The notes: generated by a model not told the origin, from the letters alone. 64,000 bases of DNA from Longimicrobiales bacterium (GCA_965198065.1 CBDAON010000004.1:1824001-1888000), one strand, 5' to 3'. Shown: positions 36,936 to 47,548, counted from the first letter of the stretch. Made by a program: numbers and translations.

Positions 36936-38723
36936 TCAGTAGAAGACGGGCTCTCGGAACGCGCCGAACACGCTCTCCATGGCCTCGCGGATCTCGAAGA
37001 GCGTGCAGTCGGCCCTGGCGCACTCGAGCACGGACGGCACCAGGTTTTCGCCGGAGCGGCAGGCCGCCTCGAGTGATGCCACCGCTCGCGCAGCCTCGTC
37101 CCCGTCCCTCTCGCTCCGGAGCCGCGCCAGCCTCCGTATCTGCTGTTCCGCCTGCTCCGGACCGATCCTGAGCACCTCGATCTCCGGTCGCTCCGAGCCC
37201 TCGGTGAAGCGATTCACGCCCACGACGACCCAACGGCCGGCCTCCATCTCCCCCTGATGTCGCTCGGCGGACTCAGCGATACGCCTCTGGAACCACCCCG
37301 ACTCGATTCCGGGCACCACGCCACCCACCGCGTCGATCTCGCGGAAGATCTCTTCGGCCTCCGACTCGATCTCGTCTGTCAGGGTCTCGACGAAATACGA
37401 ACCGGCCAAGGGATCGATGACGTTCGCCACCCTCGTCTCGTAGGCCAGGACCTGCTGGGTTCTGAGAGCGATCCGGGCCGCCTTCTCCGTCGGCAGGGCG
37501 AGCGTCTCGTCCAACGAGTTCGTGTGGAGCGACTGGGTTCCGCCGAGGACCGCCGCCAGGGCCTGGTAGGCAACGCGTACGATGTTGTTCTCGGGCTGCT
37601 GCGCGGTCAGCGTCACCCCGGCGGTCTGGGCATGCATCCGAAGCCGCCGCGCCTCGGGCGTGCGAGCCCCGTATCGCTCCTCCATCACGCGAGACCAGAT
37701 CCTTCGGGCCGCCCGGAGCTTGGCCACCTCCTCGAAGAGGTCGTTGTGGATGTCGAAGAAGAAGGAGAGACGTGGCGCGAACTCGTCCACTCCGAGCCCC
37801 CTCTCGAGAGCCCGCTCGACATACTCGAACCCGTTCCTGAGAGTGAAGGCGAGCTCTTCCGCGGCAGTGGCCCCGGCTTCGCGGATGTGGTAGCCGGAGA
37901 TGGAGATCGGGTTGTACCTGGGCATGTTCCGGGTGCACCACTCGAACATGTCCACGATGCACCGGAGCGCCGGTTCGGGAGGAAAGATCCAGGTGTGCTG
38001 GGCCTGGTACTCCTTCAGGATGTCGTTCTGCACCGTGCCGCGCAGCTCCGCCACGTCCACTCCCTGCCGCTCGGCCGCAGCCACGTAGAACGCGAAGAGG
38101 ATGATGGCAGGACCGTTCACGGTCATGGACACGGAAACCCGGTCCAGCGGAATGCCTTGGAAGAGCGTCTCCATGTCCCTCGCCGACGAGACGGCGACGC
38201 CACAGATCCCGACCTCGCCCTCCGCGCGCGGATGGTCGGCGTCGTAGCCCATGAGGGTCGGCACGTCGAACGCCACGGAGAGGCCGGTCTGACCATGACC
38301 GAGGAGGTAATGGTAGCGCCGGTTCGTCTCCTCGACGCTCCCGAATCCCGAGAACTGGCGCTGCGTCCAGAGGCGGGTGCGGTACATCGTGTGGTAGGGG
38401 CCACGGGTGTACGGGGGCTCCCCCGGCAGCCCCAGGGCCTCCATGTATCCGGGAGCCCCGGCGCGGTCGAGCGTCGTGTAGAGAGGCTTCACCTCCCGGC
38501 CCGAGCCTGTCGTGAATGCTGCGTCGCGCCGCGCCACACCCCGAGCTCGCTCCTGCCAGCGGGCGAGCTCTTCACGAAGACGGCGGATCTCCTCGTCCGC
38601 CTCCGCCGGCCGGCCGACGAGCTCGGCATGTCCTGACTCGGGCTGGGCAGGTCCGGCGTTCGGGCCGCCGGACGCCTCCACAACTCGGCTCTCCTCGACT
38701 GCCCGGCTCTCTCGGATGGACAT
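36936..38723 (-). CDS. B12-dependent acyl-CoA mutase large subunit (isobutyryl-CoA mutase-like specificity residues)
   Basis: [43 protein letters not shown] and GGTQSLHTN. Confidence 0.93.
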   Translation of the reverse strand: MSIRESRAVEESRVVEASGGPNAGPAQPESGHAELVGRPAEADEEIRRLREELARWQERARGVARRDAAFTTGSGREVKPLYTTLDRAGAPGYMEALGLPGEPPYTRGPYHTMYRTRLWTQRQFSGFGSVEETNRRYHYLLGHGQTGLSVAFDVPTLMGYDADHPRAEGEVGICGVAVSSARDMETLFQGIPLDRVSVSMTVNGPAIILFAFYVAAAERQGVDVAELRGTVQNDILKEYQAQHTWIFPPEPALRCIVDMFEWCTRNMPRYNPISISGYHIREAGATAAEELAFTLRNGFEYVERALERGLGVDEFAPRLSFFFDIHNDLFEEVAKLRAARRIWSRVMEERYGARTPEARRLRMHAQTAGVTLTAQQPENNIVRVAYQALAAVLGGTQSLHTNSLDETLALPTEKAARIALRTQQVLAYETRVANVIDPLAGSYFVETLTDEIESEAEEIFREIDAVGGVVPGIESGWFQRRIAESAERHQGEMEAGRWVVVGVNRFTEGSERPEIEVLRIGPEQAEQQIRRLARLRSERDGDEAARAVASLEAACRSGENLVPSVLECARADCTLFEIREAMESVFGAFREPVFY

Positions 38724-38735
38724 CCTCCGGCTCCT

Positions 38736-39722
38736 TCAGGATGGCTGATCGCGGCAGGCATCTAGGATACGCATGGCCACCGAGTAGGGCGTGCCCTGCC
38801 CTCGAACGGCATCCTCGACCCCCGATTCCATCAGGGTCCGCACCCCTCGGTCACTCCATACCCTTCGTCGGAACTCCTGCTCCACTAGGTCGCGAATCCT
38901 GGCGCGGATCCGACGTTCCCGCCGGTGCTGCGCCTCTCCGCTCTCTACCAGCCAGGTGCGGTGAGAGTCGAGGGCTTCGAGCAGGGCGTCCACGCCGTCT
39001 CCCGACGTGGCGACCACGCGGAGGACCGGAGGGTTCCACTCGGCGGCGGCTCCGCGCGACCCGCGCAGGCCGAGCGCCTGCCCCAGAGCCCGAACGACCT
39101 CGTCCGCCCCTGAGCGGTCCGACTTGTTCACGACGAAGACGTCGGCAATCTCCATGAGCCCCGCCTTCATGGCCTGGACCACGTCACCGGATTCGGGGGA
39201 GAGCGTTACCACCACCGTGTCCGCGACGCCTGTGATCTCCATGTCGGTCTGTCCGACACCCACACTTTCGACCACGACCCGATCGAACCCGAACGCCTCC
39301 AGGAGGTCCACGACCTCGAGCGTGGTCGTCGCGAGCCCACCGAGGGCGCTTCGCGTGGCCATGGATCGGATGAACACATCCCGGTCGGTGGCGAGCTCGC
39401 CCATGCGGACGCGGTCGCCCAAAAGGGCGCCGCCGGAGTAAGGCGAGGTCGGATCCACGGCTACGATGCCCACGCGCTCCCCCCGTTCCCGGAAGGCCGC
39501 CGCGAGCGCGCGGACGAGCGTGGACTTGCCCACGCCCGGCGGTCCGGTCAGCCCGACCCGGAGGCAGGTCGGCCGGGTCGGGAGCAGGGATTGCATCAAT
39601 TCCCGAGCACCCGGAGCCTCGTCTTCGATGATCGAGATGGCGCGAGAGAGAGCGGACCGGTCTCCAGCGTGAAACCGCGTGAGGAGATCCCCGAGCGCGG
39701 CATCGTGCCTCTCCGGCGTCAC
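38736..39722 (-). CDS. meaB: Acyl-CoA mutase-associated GTPase chaperone MeaB/ArgK
   Basis: GLTGPPGVGKST, VDPTSPYSGGALLGDRVRM, ESVGVGQ, KAGLMEIAD and NKSD. Confidence 0.94.
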   Translation of the reverse strand: MTPERHDAALGDLLTRFHAGDRSALSRAISIIEDEAPGARELMQSLLPTRPTCLRVGLTGPPGVGKSTLVRALAAAFRERGERVGIVAVDPTSPYSGGALLGDRVRMGELATDRDVFIRSMATRSALGGLATTTLEVVDLLEAFGFDRVVVESVGVGQTDMEITGVADTVVVTLSPESGDVVQAMKAGLMEIADVFVVNKSDRSGADEVVRALGQALGLRGSRGAAAEWNPPVLRVVATSGDGVDALLEALDSHRTWLVESGEAQHRRERRIRARIRDLVEQEFRRRVWSDRGVRTLMESGVEDAVRGQGTPYSVAMRILDACRDQPS

Positions 39723-39857
39723 GGGCGGTGGGGCCTGCTAAGACGGCCGTCTACGCTCGGCGTGGTGGGTGGTTCGCCCCGATGGAGGAGAACGGCCCCG
39801 GCGGCAGGGAAGCGGCTTGGAGCGCTACGCTGGCCGCCGGGGCCGAGAAACCTGACC

Positions 39858-40355
39858 TCAGCGCCCTCCTCCACCTCCAGACGGCGCGTCCGGCTGAGGG
39901 ACGGAGGTCGTGTTGACCGGCCCGAACCCCCAGATCTGGACGACCACCTCTTCATCCTTGGCCATGTCGTAATGGACCCCGCCGGCCGGCTCGTAGATGA
40001 AGGTTCCCGGCCCCACCGGAATCGTGCTGTCCGGATCGTAGACCTCGGCCGCCGCGCCCGTGGACACCCACCACGTTCCCTTCATCACGTGGATGTGCCG
40101 GTCCTGATCGTGGAAATGCGGACGGCTCCCGCTTCCCGGCGGCCACGTGATCTGAAGCACGTAGAGCCCGGGTTCACGGGAATTCCCGAGGATGCGGACC
40201 GACCTACCGCCGTCTTCGGTGGGCCGAGTGTCCTCGGGCCGCGCGATCAGGAAGCCCTCAGGATCGCGGGGCAGCTGGGCCGAAGCGTCCGGGGCACCGA
40301 TTAGCAGCGCCCCCACGGCGCAACCGAACAATGTCACCGCTCTCGGGAATGTCAT
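39858..40355 (-). CDS. Exported cupin domain protein
   Basis: Signal peptide, PHFHDQDR.I.V.KG.W and PAGGVHYD. Confidence 0.78.
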   Translation of the reverse strand: MTFPRAVTLFGCAVGALLIGAPDASAQLPRDPEGFLIARPEDTRPTEDGGRSVRILGNSREPGLYVLQITWPPGSGSRPHFHDQDRHIHVMKGTWWVSTGAAAEVYDPDSTIPVGPGTFIYEPAGGVHYDMAKDEEVVVQIWGFGPVNTTSVPQPDAPSGGGGGR

Positions 40356-40698
40356 GGCTCCTCCTCGTCTTCGGATGGAAAAATGCAACCAGGACAACTT
40401 ATACCTCCAGGGGCCTTTGCACGACAGCGTCGCCGTTCGGCAGGGGATCTTTTGTCTGGGCCCCCCGGTACGGAAACCAGTCAACGGCGAGCCGTAGCGC
40501 ACGGTCGGAGCCCATGGAAGAGGGTGGTTGACGCGGGTAGGGACATCTATTCTTTTGGGTGTCTCTGTGCGGGTGTCGCGGTGTAGCCAATCATGTTACG
40601 GAGCCGGGTGCCCGCGCTGTCGGGCCGTCATCGGAGTGGCCCCGCCGAGGCAGAGCCTCCCGGCCCAGTCTCCAGGTCTACTGCAGGAGAGCGGCAAA

Positions 40699-42456
40699 AT
40701 GATCGACATCAGGCATCTGAGAACGGGCCTGGCCGTGTGTGCGGTCCTGCTCGTCTCGTCCCTCTTCATGCCCTCGACGGCCGAGGCCCAGGGGGGGCGC
40801 ATCAGGATCCTGGTCGCAAACCTCAAGCCGGAGGACGAAACCGACGAGGACTTCGGTGAGGATCTCTCCGACGAGCTCCGCGACCTCCTCGACCTGGACA
40901 CCCACGTCGCCATGTCCGGACGGGATACCGACGACGCCGCACGCGAGTTCGACTTGCGGCTCGACGGACTGGACTGCCTGCTGGCCCAACAGCTGGCCAC
41001 CCTCATCGAGGTTCAGCTCGTGTTCTGCGGGACGTATCGCACGGAGGGTGACCTGATCCGTTACAGCGGGTCGTTCGTCACCGTGCCGGGCGGAGAGCAA
41101 TTCACGCCGGAGCCCGCCACGGCGCCGGAGAACGAGCCTGAACAGGCGGCCGAGGGGTTCGCGGCCTTCTTCGACGCCACCAGAGATCGGCTTCAGCAGC
41201 TCTCGTTCTGCCAGGTGGACTTTTCCTCCCAGAACTGGGAGGGGGTTCTCCAGTACTGCGCCCGAGCCGTGGAGCTCGCCCCGGATTCCAGGGAGTCGCG
41301 CACGGCTCTGGCTGGAGCCCACCTGGAGCTCGAGCAGTATCCGCAGGCGCTCCTACACTTCGAGATTCTCGTCGAGCAGGATCCATTCAGCTCCACCGCG
41401 CTCCAGGCCGCGGGTCTGGTCGCGCTCCAGCTTCAAGAGCTGGAGAAGGCTCGAGAATACCTCGGGCGGTATCTCGAGCTGAACCCGAGCGACGTGGCCG
41501 CGCGGCTCCAGATTGCCGCGGACCTCGTCGAGCAGGGGGACGACCGCGGGGCTGTCGACCTGATGGCCGCCGGCTTCGAGCACAGCCCGGACAACATCGA
41601 GCTGCGTCTCCAGCACGGAAACAACGCGTTCCGGGCCGCCTTGGAGCTCCAGGCGCGGCAGCCACAGCCGGCCGCCGGCCAGCCCCCGACGACCCTGACA
41701 CCTGAGGTCGCCGACCTCCTCCAGGAGGCTTTGGCCTCTTTGGAGGTGGCCCTGGCTGCGCTCGGCGTAGACATGGAGCCCCAGGGCGTGGTCAACATGA
41801 TGCGGGGATACCTCCAGCTTGACGACGCAACCGAGGCGGCGGGCCTGGGTGAGCGGGGCTTGATACTCTTCCCCGACAACGCGGCGATCCTGAACGAGCT
41901 TTCGGTATCTTACCAGCGCGCCGGGATGCTCGACGAGTCCGTCGCCGCCATCACCCGCGCTCTCGAGATCCAGCCCGACCTGCCTAGGGCCCGGGTCCGC
42001 ACGGCGACCTACCTGCTCGAGGCCGGCCGCCCAGACGACGCCGTGCAATGGATCCAGCAGGCGGCCCAGGCGCAGGAGGTCCCGGCCGATGAGCTGGCCA
42101 CGACGCTGTTCTTCCACGGATACACCGAGGGGGTCGAGAGAGGGAATTCCGCGATGGGGATCCGCCTCTTCACAGCCGCAAAGGGACTGTCGGACGTCTC
42201 CCCCGCCGTGCTGTCGCAGCTCAACCTCTTCCACGCGCTGGCGCTGTTCACGCCGCCGAACGAGTTCCTTCGGGAGAACCAGACGGTCAGGGCGTGCGAC
42301 GAGCACCAGGCGGCCCTGGACGAGGCCGCCGAGCTGTTCCCGCAGGGCCAGCTCTACGGCGATCAGCAAGGGATGGACGTGGAGCAGCTGATCTTGGCCA
42401 CGGCAGCATTCCAGGAGATGTGCGCCGTGATTCGCGAGCAGGCGCAGCGCGGCTGA
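40699..42456 (+). CDS. Exported tetratricopeptide repeat protein
   Basis: Signal peptide (AEA-Q), an N-terminal alpha/beta domain with a Cys pair, and many TPRs. Confidence 0.78.
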   Translation: MIDIRHLRTGLAVCAVLLVSSLFMPSTAEAQGGRIRILVANLKPEDETDEDFGEDLSDELRDLLDLDTHVAMSGRDTDDAAREFDLRLDGLDCLLAQQLATLIEVQLVFCGTYRTEGDLIRYSGSFVTVPGGEQFTPEPATAPENEPEQAAEGFAAFFDATRDRLQQLSFCQVDFSSQNWEGVLQYCARAVELAPDSRESRTALAGAHLELEQYPQALLHFEILVEQDPFSSTALQAAGLVALQLQELEKAREYLGRYLELNPSDVAARLQIAADLVEQGDDRGAVDLMAAGFEHSPDNIELRLQHGNNAFRAALELQARQPQPAAGQPPTTLTPEVADLLQEALASLEVALAALGVDMEPQGVVNMMRGYLQLDDATEAAGLGERGLILFPDNAAILNELSVSYQRAGMLDESVAAITRALEIQPDLPRARVRTATYLLEAGRPDDAVQWIQQAAQAQEVPADELATTLFFHGYTEGVERGNSAMGIRLFTAAKGLSDVSPAVLSQLNLFHALALFTPPNEFLRENQTVRACDEHQAALDEAAELFPQGQLYGDQQGMDVEQLILATAAFQEMCAVIREQAQRG

Positions 42457-42504
42457 GCCGACCTGGCGGCTCGCCCAGCGCCGTCTGGCGCCAAACGGAT
42501 AGCA

Positions 42505-42544
42505 ACAACGGGGCGCCCCGCGGTCTTCCGCGGCGCCCCGTTGT
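42505..42544 (+). terminator. GC-rich stem-loop after the TPR gene
   Basis: acaacggggcg(cc)ccgcgg-tctt-ccgcggcgccccgttgt. No U-tract. Confidence 0.5.
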
Positions 42545-42620
42545 CGTCACGGAGCCATGACGACGTAGCGAAGCCCACGTCCCACGGGGTCCCGGCGTGG
42601 CGGGCCGAGAAGCCGCCGAC

Positions 42621-42650
42621 TTGATCTGGAGCGGCGGACCCCAATAAGAT
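42621..42650 (+). promoter_or_regulatory. Candidate sigma70 promoter of the PPIase gene
   Basis: TTGATC-N18-TAAGAT about 50 bp upstream of ATG 42701. Confidence 0.35.
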
Positions 42651-42700
42651 TCCCCCACTCACGAGCCAGGCAGAAACCGGTTGCGAACGGAGGCAAGCAG

Positions 42701-43423
42701 ATGACAATCCAACGGTTGCGGACACCCTTTGCCTTGCTGCTGGTTACCGCGATCGCTGCGGTAGGCTGCGGAGGAGACACGGGCGAGGAAGCCGCGTCGC
42801 CGGATACGATCGCGCCGGCTGATACGATGCCGATCAACCCGCTGCTCTTTCCAGGGTCGGGCGATCTCACGCAGACTGCCCCCGGCACGTTCCGCGCGCG
42901 ATTCGAGACGACGGCGGGCGAGTTCGTGGTCGAGGTCTACCGGGAATGGTCACCCAACGGCGCCGACCGGTTCTACAACCTGGTAAACGGCGGCTACTAC
43001 GACGGTGTTCGTTTCTTCCGGGTGATCAGCGGTTTCATGGCGCAGTTCGGGATCCACGCCGAACCGGCAGTGAGTGCCCAGTGGAGAGTCGCGATGATCC
43101 CGGACGATCCCGTCGTCGAGAGCAACACCCGCGGAATACTGAGCTTCGCGAAGTCGAGCGTTCCCGACTCGAGGACGACCCAGGTGTTCATTAACCTGGT
43201 CAACAACTCGGGGTTGGATGAGATGGGATTCTCGCCGTTCGGAGAGGTGGTGTCTGGCATGGATGTCGTCGATCAGCTGTACAACGCGTACGGGGACGGA
43301 CCACCCGGAGGAGAGGGGCCCGAGCAGGGTCGCATCATTGCCGAAGGGGAGGGATACCTCGCCGAGAGCTTCCCGGAGCTCGACCAGGTGATCCAGGCGA
43401 CAATCGAGGCGGGAGGAGCGTAA
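42701..43423 (+). CDS. Cyclophilin-type peptidyl-prolyl isomerase lipoprotein
   Basis: Lipobox AVGC, FFRVISGFMAQFG, SRTTQVFIN and FSPFGEVVSGMDVVD. Confidence 0.92.
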   Translation: MTIQRLRTPFALLLVTAIAAVGCGGDTGEEAASPDTIAPADTMPINPLLFPGSGDLTQTAPGTFRARFETTAGEFVVEVYREWSPNGADRFYNLVNGGYYDGVRFFRVISGFMAQFGIHAEPAVSAQWRVAMIPDDPVVESNTRGILSFAKSSVPDSRTTQVFINLVNNSGLDEMGFSPFGEVVSGMDVVDQLYNAYGDGPPGGEGPEQGRIIAEGEGYLAESFPELDQVIQATIEAGGA

Positions 43424-43466
43424 ACAGGGCGGAGGTGTGGCGGCCGTCTCACCCGATTTGGCCGCG

Positions 43467-43859
43467 CTAGAACATGGCCCCGAGCACTTCCACCCCTGCC
43501 CCCTTCGCCTGGTCGGCGGCCTCGACCACGGTACCGTAGGGGACCAAGGGATTGACCTTCACGAACAGCAGCTTGTCAGGCCGGTTCGAGAAGATGTCGA
43601 ACAACCGGGCCTGGAGCTGCCCGGCCGGAACGGGCGCGGTGTTGATCGCGAATCCCCCGGGCTCAATCTCCAGGATGATCATGGGCGGCGGCGTTCCCTC
43701 GGGTTCCTCCTCGATCGGCACCTGGATGTCGATGCTCTTCTGAAGCAAGGGCTGGATCACGAGGAAGATCACGAGAAGCACGAGCAACACGTCGATCATC
43801 GGGGTCACGTTGATCTCGTACATGTCCTGTTGCCCGGAATTGCCTACGGCCATTGACAT
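43467..43859 (-). CDS. exbD: Biopolymer transporter ExbD/TolR
   Basis: EINVTPMIDVLLVLLVIF. Confidence 0.88.
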   Translation of the reverse strand: MSMAVGNSGQQDMYEINVTPMIDVLLVLLVIFLVIQPLLQKSIDIQVPIEEEPEGTPPPMIILEIEPGGFAINTAPVPAGQLQARLFDIFSNRPDKLLFVKVNPLVPYGTVVEAADQAKGAGVEVLGAMF

Positions 43860-43906
43860 GGCTCAATCCCTCACCTGATTCGGGTTCGTCGCCTTGTCCG
43901 ATCCGG

Positions 43907-44356
43907 CTACTCGATCTGCTCGATCATGGGCGACTCGCTGACCGCGGCCACCACCCGCACTCCCGCGTCGCGCGCGATCTCCATGAGCTCCACGATGTCT
44001 CCGTACGGCAGCCTCCGATCGGCCTTGAGGAACAGCACCTTGTCGTCGGGATGCCGGACCATGAACTCCTCCTGAAGGAGCCGAAGCGCGTCCTCCTTCA
44101 GCATGGGCGACTTGTTCAGGTAATAGTCCCCGTTCACGTCGATCCCAAACTCGGTGCGCTCCTGGTCGTCCGGCCGTTCCTTCAGGTTCTGGCCCACCGG
44201 AAGCTGCGCCTCAAACCCCGCCAGGAGCGTGGGCGTTACGACCATGAAGATGATGAGCAGCACCAGCATCACGTCCACCATCGGCGTGACGTTGATTTCC
44301 CCCATGGTGCCCACCTCCTCCCAGGGGGCCTTCTTCTTCTTCCTTTCCTTTGCCAT
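43907..44356 (-). CDS. exbD: Biopolymer transporter ExbD/TolR
   Basis: EINVTPMVDVMLVLLIIFMV and LKADRRLPYG. Confidence 0.88.
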   Translation of the reverse strand: MAKERKKKKAPWEEVGTMGEINVTPMVDVMLVLLIIFMVVTPTLLAGFEAQLPVGQNLKERPDDQERTEFGIDVNGDYYLNKSPMLKEDALRLLQEEFMVRHPDDKVLFLKADRRLPYGDIVELMEIARDAGVRVVAAVSESPMIEQIE

Positions 44357-44365
44357 GGACGTCTC

Positions 44366-45136
44366 CTATCTGGCCTGATCCATCGCAACCGCACCCTCTC
44401 CGCCAGCAGGGGCGTGTCCGCCTCCGCCCAAGCCACTGGCCGCGGCCGCGGCCGCGCTATGCCCACCCATCGCGTAGGCCTGCAGATAGTCCAGGAACTC
44501 CCGTGTCGTGTACGAGACCTCCATGGACAATCGCTCCACCTGGTTCACGAAGTAGTTGTACAGCCACACCGCGGGAATCGCAACGATAAGCCCGATGGCC
44601 GTAACGATCAGCGCCTCCGCGATACCCGCCGAAACCGCAGCGAGCCCGCCGGAGCCCGAAGCCGCGATTCCGGTGAAGGCGTTCACGACGCCGAGCACCG
44701 TTCCGAGCAGCCCCACGAACGGCGCGGTCGCGCCCGTCGTGGCCAGAATTCCGAGCCCACGCCGGAAGTTGGCGATCTGCTCGATTCCGTTCAGCTCGAT
44801 AATGCGCTGAGCCGTGTCGACATCCTCCATCGTGAGCTTCTTGTTGGGCGACCCGAGATCGAGGGTCTTGAGAACGCGGCGGAAGAGCGCGGCCACGTGG
44901 CTCTTCGCGTTCTGCTTCGCCGAGAGGAGATTCTCGGCCTCCACAAAGTCAGGCTTGGCCAACGCGGCACTGAAGGGCCCCGAGAACCGGACGGTCGCCT
45001 TCCGCGAGGTGCGAAACTCGAGGATCTTCCGGATCGAGATAGCAATGACCATGAGGGACATGAAGATAAGGACGTACACGATTCCCCTCACGAACCACCC
45101 CATCTGTCCCCACATCTCAATTAACGAGACATTCAT
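44366..45136 (-). CDS. exbB: MotA/TolQ/ExbB proton channel protein
   Basis: APFVGLLGTVLG and GIAEALIVTAIGLIVAIPA. Confidence 0.88.
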   Translation of the reverse strand: MNVSLIEMWGQMGWFVRGIVYVLIFMSLMVIAISIRKILEFRTSRKATVRFSGPFSAALAKPDFVEAENLLSAKQNAKSHVAALFRRVLKTLDLGSPNKKLTMEDVDTAQRIIELNGIEQIANFRRGLGILATTGATAPFVGLLGTVLGVVNAFTGIAASGSGGLAAVSAGIAEALIVTAIGLIVAIPAVWLYNYFVNQVERLSMEVSYTTREFLDYLQAYAMGGHSAAAAAASGLGGGGHAPAGGEGAVAMDQAR

Positions 45137-45212
45137 CGGTACTCCTCGTCGGCTGTTGGTCTGTCTCTACACTGCGTGCGCCTGCGCCGGAGTCATCGAA
45201 CCGACGCGCGGC

Positions 45213-45992
45213 TCACTGCGTGACCGTCTCGAACGTGATCGGAATCGCGATCCACACCGGTACCCGCTCTGCCCGGTTCAACGCGGGCGTGAACTCGAAA
45301 ATGGCGGCAATCCTCAGGGCCGCCTCGTCGAGCTGCGGGTAACCCGAGCTCGAGTTGACCTGCACCTGCTCCGTGACGCCCTCATCGTTGATGAAGAACC
45401 ACATCATGACCGTCCCGCCGATCCCCGAATCCCGAAGGAGCTGGGGATACTCCCGCATCAGGGCCGCGCCCACCTCCGCCCGATTCCTCAGCTCGGGCGC
45501 GGTCTCGTACGGAGTGAACGTGGGGGCGGCAGCGATGTCACGCTGGGTCAGGGTGTCAGCCGACGCCGAGAGCGTCGCCATCTGCGCGACGCCGATCCCC
45601 GAGAAATCCGCGTCCGTGAGCCGGAACTCGAAGTTGGGCGGCGGGATGTCGGGCGGCACGATCGTCGGGGCCGTGAGCACGGTAAACCCGACCGGCGGAG
45701 GAGCGGGAACGTCCACCTCCGGCGGGGGGGGGGGCGGGGGAGGCGTAGATTCGGGAATCTCGATGAACGTGATCTCTTCCTCCTCTTCCTCCGCGGTACC
45801 TGAGTTTATCGTTGCCATGATCAGGCCGGCTCCGACGGCGCCGTGGAAGGCGGCGGAGAAGAGGGTCCCCGGCACAGATTTGGCCAGCCCGCGTTTCGGC
45901 TGGCTGGCAAGGAGATTGCCGAACATCGGTACTTCGGCCCCGTCGTCCACTGCCGGTCGCTTCTTCACGTCCTGCTTACGTGAGTTAGTCAC
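45213..45992 (-). CDS. tonB: Energy transducer TonB
   Basis: TM with SAAFH, poly-Pro spacer, YP..LR..GIGG.V and SSG..LDEAA. GGAGGAG RBS before GTG 45992; first gene of tonB-exbB-exbD-exbD. Confidence 0.85.
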   Translation of the reverse strand: MTNSRKQDVKKRPAVDDGAEVPMFGNLLASQPKRGLAKSVPGTLFSAAFHGAVGAGLIMATINSGTAEEEEEEITFIEIPESTPPPPPPPPEVDVPAPPPVGFTVLTAPTIVPPDIPPPNFEFRLTDADFSGIGVAQMATLSASADTLTQRDIAAAPTFTPYETAPELRNRAEVGAALMREYPQLLRDSGIGGTVMMWFFINDEGVTEQVQVNSSSGYPQLDEAALRIAAIFEFTPALNRAERVPVWIAIPITFETVTQ

Positions 45993-46213
45993 CTGCTCCT
46001 CCCGTCGGCTGTGGGTGCCCGGGCACGCCGGCCTTCCGCCGACTCGGATCGCACTCCGGGAGCGCTCCGCCACAGGGGCGAATGTGCTCATGCGTCCCCA
46101 CCGCGGAGCAGGCAACTCGAGAGGACGGAGCTCCGGGAGTCACCATCCTACGAGGGCGAACATGAATAAGTTAGGACCCGCCGTGGGTCAAGGCAACCAT
46201 TCCTCGGGCCCCG

Positions 46214-47548
46214 ATGAGCGCCCCGATGCGGGCGGGATTGACGACTTTTCCCCGATCGGGTATCGTTCCACGACAGACCCCGAAAGGCTTTTCCGAACCC
46301 CCCGAGGCGACCTTGCCGATCTTCGGCCGGTCCCGGCCGCTCCTGCTCGCATCGCAGTGCGTAGCGGTGTTCTGCCTCGCGTCGTGCGAAATAGGCCCGA
46401 GGGGCCCCGCCGTCGTCGTTCGAGACAGTCTCGGCATCCAGATCGTCGAAAGCGACCCAGAGCAGCCGGCCTGGGGCGGCGCCGAGTGGCAAGTGGCCGA
46501 GACGCCGCTCTTGCAGCTCGGTAACATCCCCGGAGATGCGGACCATCTGCTCTATCGCGTCGGGCATTCGATCCGGCTCGCGAGCGGGGCCATCGCGGTG
46601 GCAAACACAGGCTTCGGCGATGTGCGCATCTTCGACGAAGGCGGCGTCCTTCTTCGAACCCTGCAGATGCCGATCACGGTGGAGGGCACGGTCAATCCAC
46701 TCCGCCTTCACGAGCTGCCCGGCGACACTCTGCTGGTTTTCCTCGCGGACCGCACCCTTTCGGTGTTCGACGCCGAGGGGAGCCTCGTACGAAGGTCCGC
46801 TCCGATAGCGACGGACGTGATGTCCGATCCGCCACCCGAGCTCGCCGGGATCCTTGAAGACGGCACGATGATCATCCGCAGCCACCCCCCCGAGAGCCCG
46901 ACGGGTCCGGGCGTCGCGTGGACCCACCTAGAGTTGCTCAGATACAGTTCGGGAGGCGCGCCGCTGGGATCGCTCGGGCTCTTCGAGGACGTTGCCATTA
47001 TACCGGGGGACGAGGAGCTGATGTTCGGGCCCAGGGGCTTGCAAGCCGTGGGCGACTCCACGATCTGGCACGGCACGAGCGAGAGCTTCGAGATCCGTGA
47101 GACCAGCCCCGAACCGTCGCTCCGACGGATCGTCCGCCTGAACAGTCCCGTCGTAGAAGTGGTCCAGGTGGACACCGCGACCGTCGGGCAGGCCGCGTTC
47201 CGCCAGTTGTCCAACAACATGGAAGACAGCATCGCCCAACGCATCGTCGAATCCTACCGCTACGCCGAGACGTTTCCGGCGTATTCCGACATGGTCGTGG
47301 ACCGCCTGGGGAACGTATGGATGAGGGCGTACCAGTGGTTCAACTTCGGTGCTCCCATGAGATGGTCCGTGTTCGATCCCGCGGGACGGTTCCTGGGCGA
47401 CGTCGAACTCCCCTCGCAGCTGGAGGTTCACGAGATCGGCGACGATTACGTCCTAGGTCGCATCGCGAACGATCGGGGGGTCGAGGCCGTCTATCTCTAT
47501 ACGATCACCAAGCCGGCCCCGCCCCCTCCCGAAGGCGCGACGCCGTAG
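46214..47548 (+). CDS. 6-bladed beta-propeller lipoprotein (start uncertain)
   Basis: LASC, VRDSLGIQIVES, DRLGNVW, WSVFDPAGRFLG.VELP and EIGDDYVLG. Confidence 0.7.
   Translation: MSAPMRAGLTTFPRSGIVPRQTPKGFSEPPEATLPIFGRSRPLLLASQCVAVFCLASCEIGPRGPAVVVRDSLGIQIVESDPEQPAWGGAEWQVAETPLLQLGNIPGDADHLLYRVGHSIRLASGAIAVANTGFGDVRIFDEGGVLLRTLQMPITVEGTVNPLRLHELPGDTLLVFLADRTLSVFDAEGSLVRRSAPIATDVMSDPPPELAGILEDGTMIIRSHPPESPTGPGVAWTHLELLRYSSGGAPLGSLGLFEDVAIIPGDEELMFGPRGLQAVGDSTIWHGTSESFEIRETSPEPSLRRIVRLNSPVVEVVQVDTATVGQAAFRQLSNNMEDSIAQRIVESYRYAETFPAYSDMVVDRLGNVWMRAYQWFNFGAPMRWSVFDPAGRFLGDVELPSQLEVHEIGDDYVLGRIANDRGVEAVYLYTITKPAPPPPEGATP

Noticed and set aside
39723..39857. Cobalamin riboswitch upstream of meaB and the mutase genes
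   Set aside because: Only a GC hairpin and a 12-bp palindrome (agacggccgtct) are present. No B12-box motifs were recognised.
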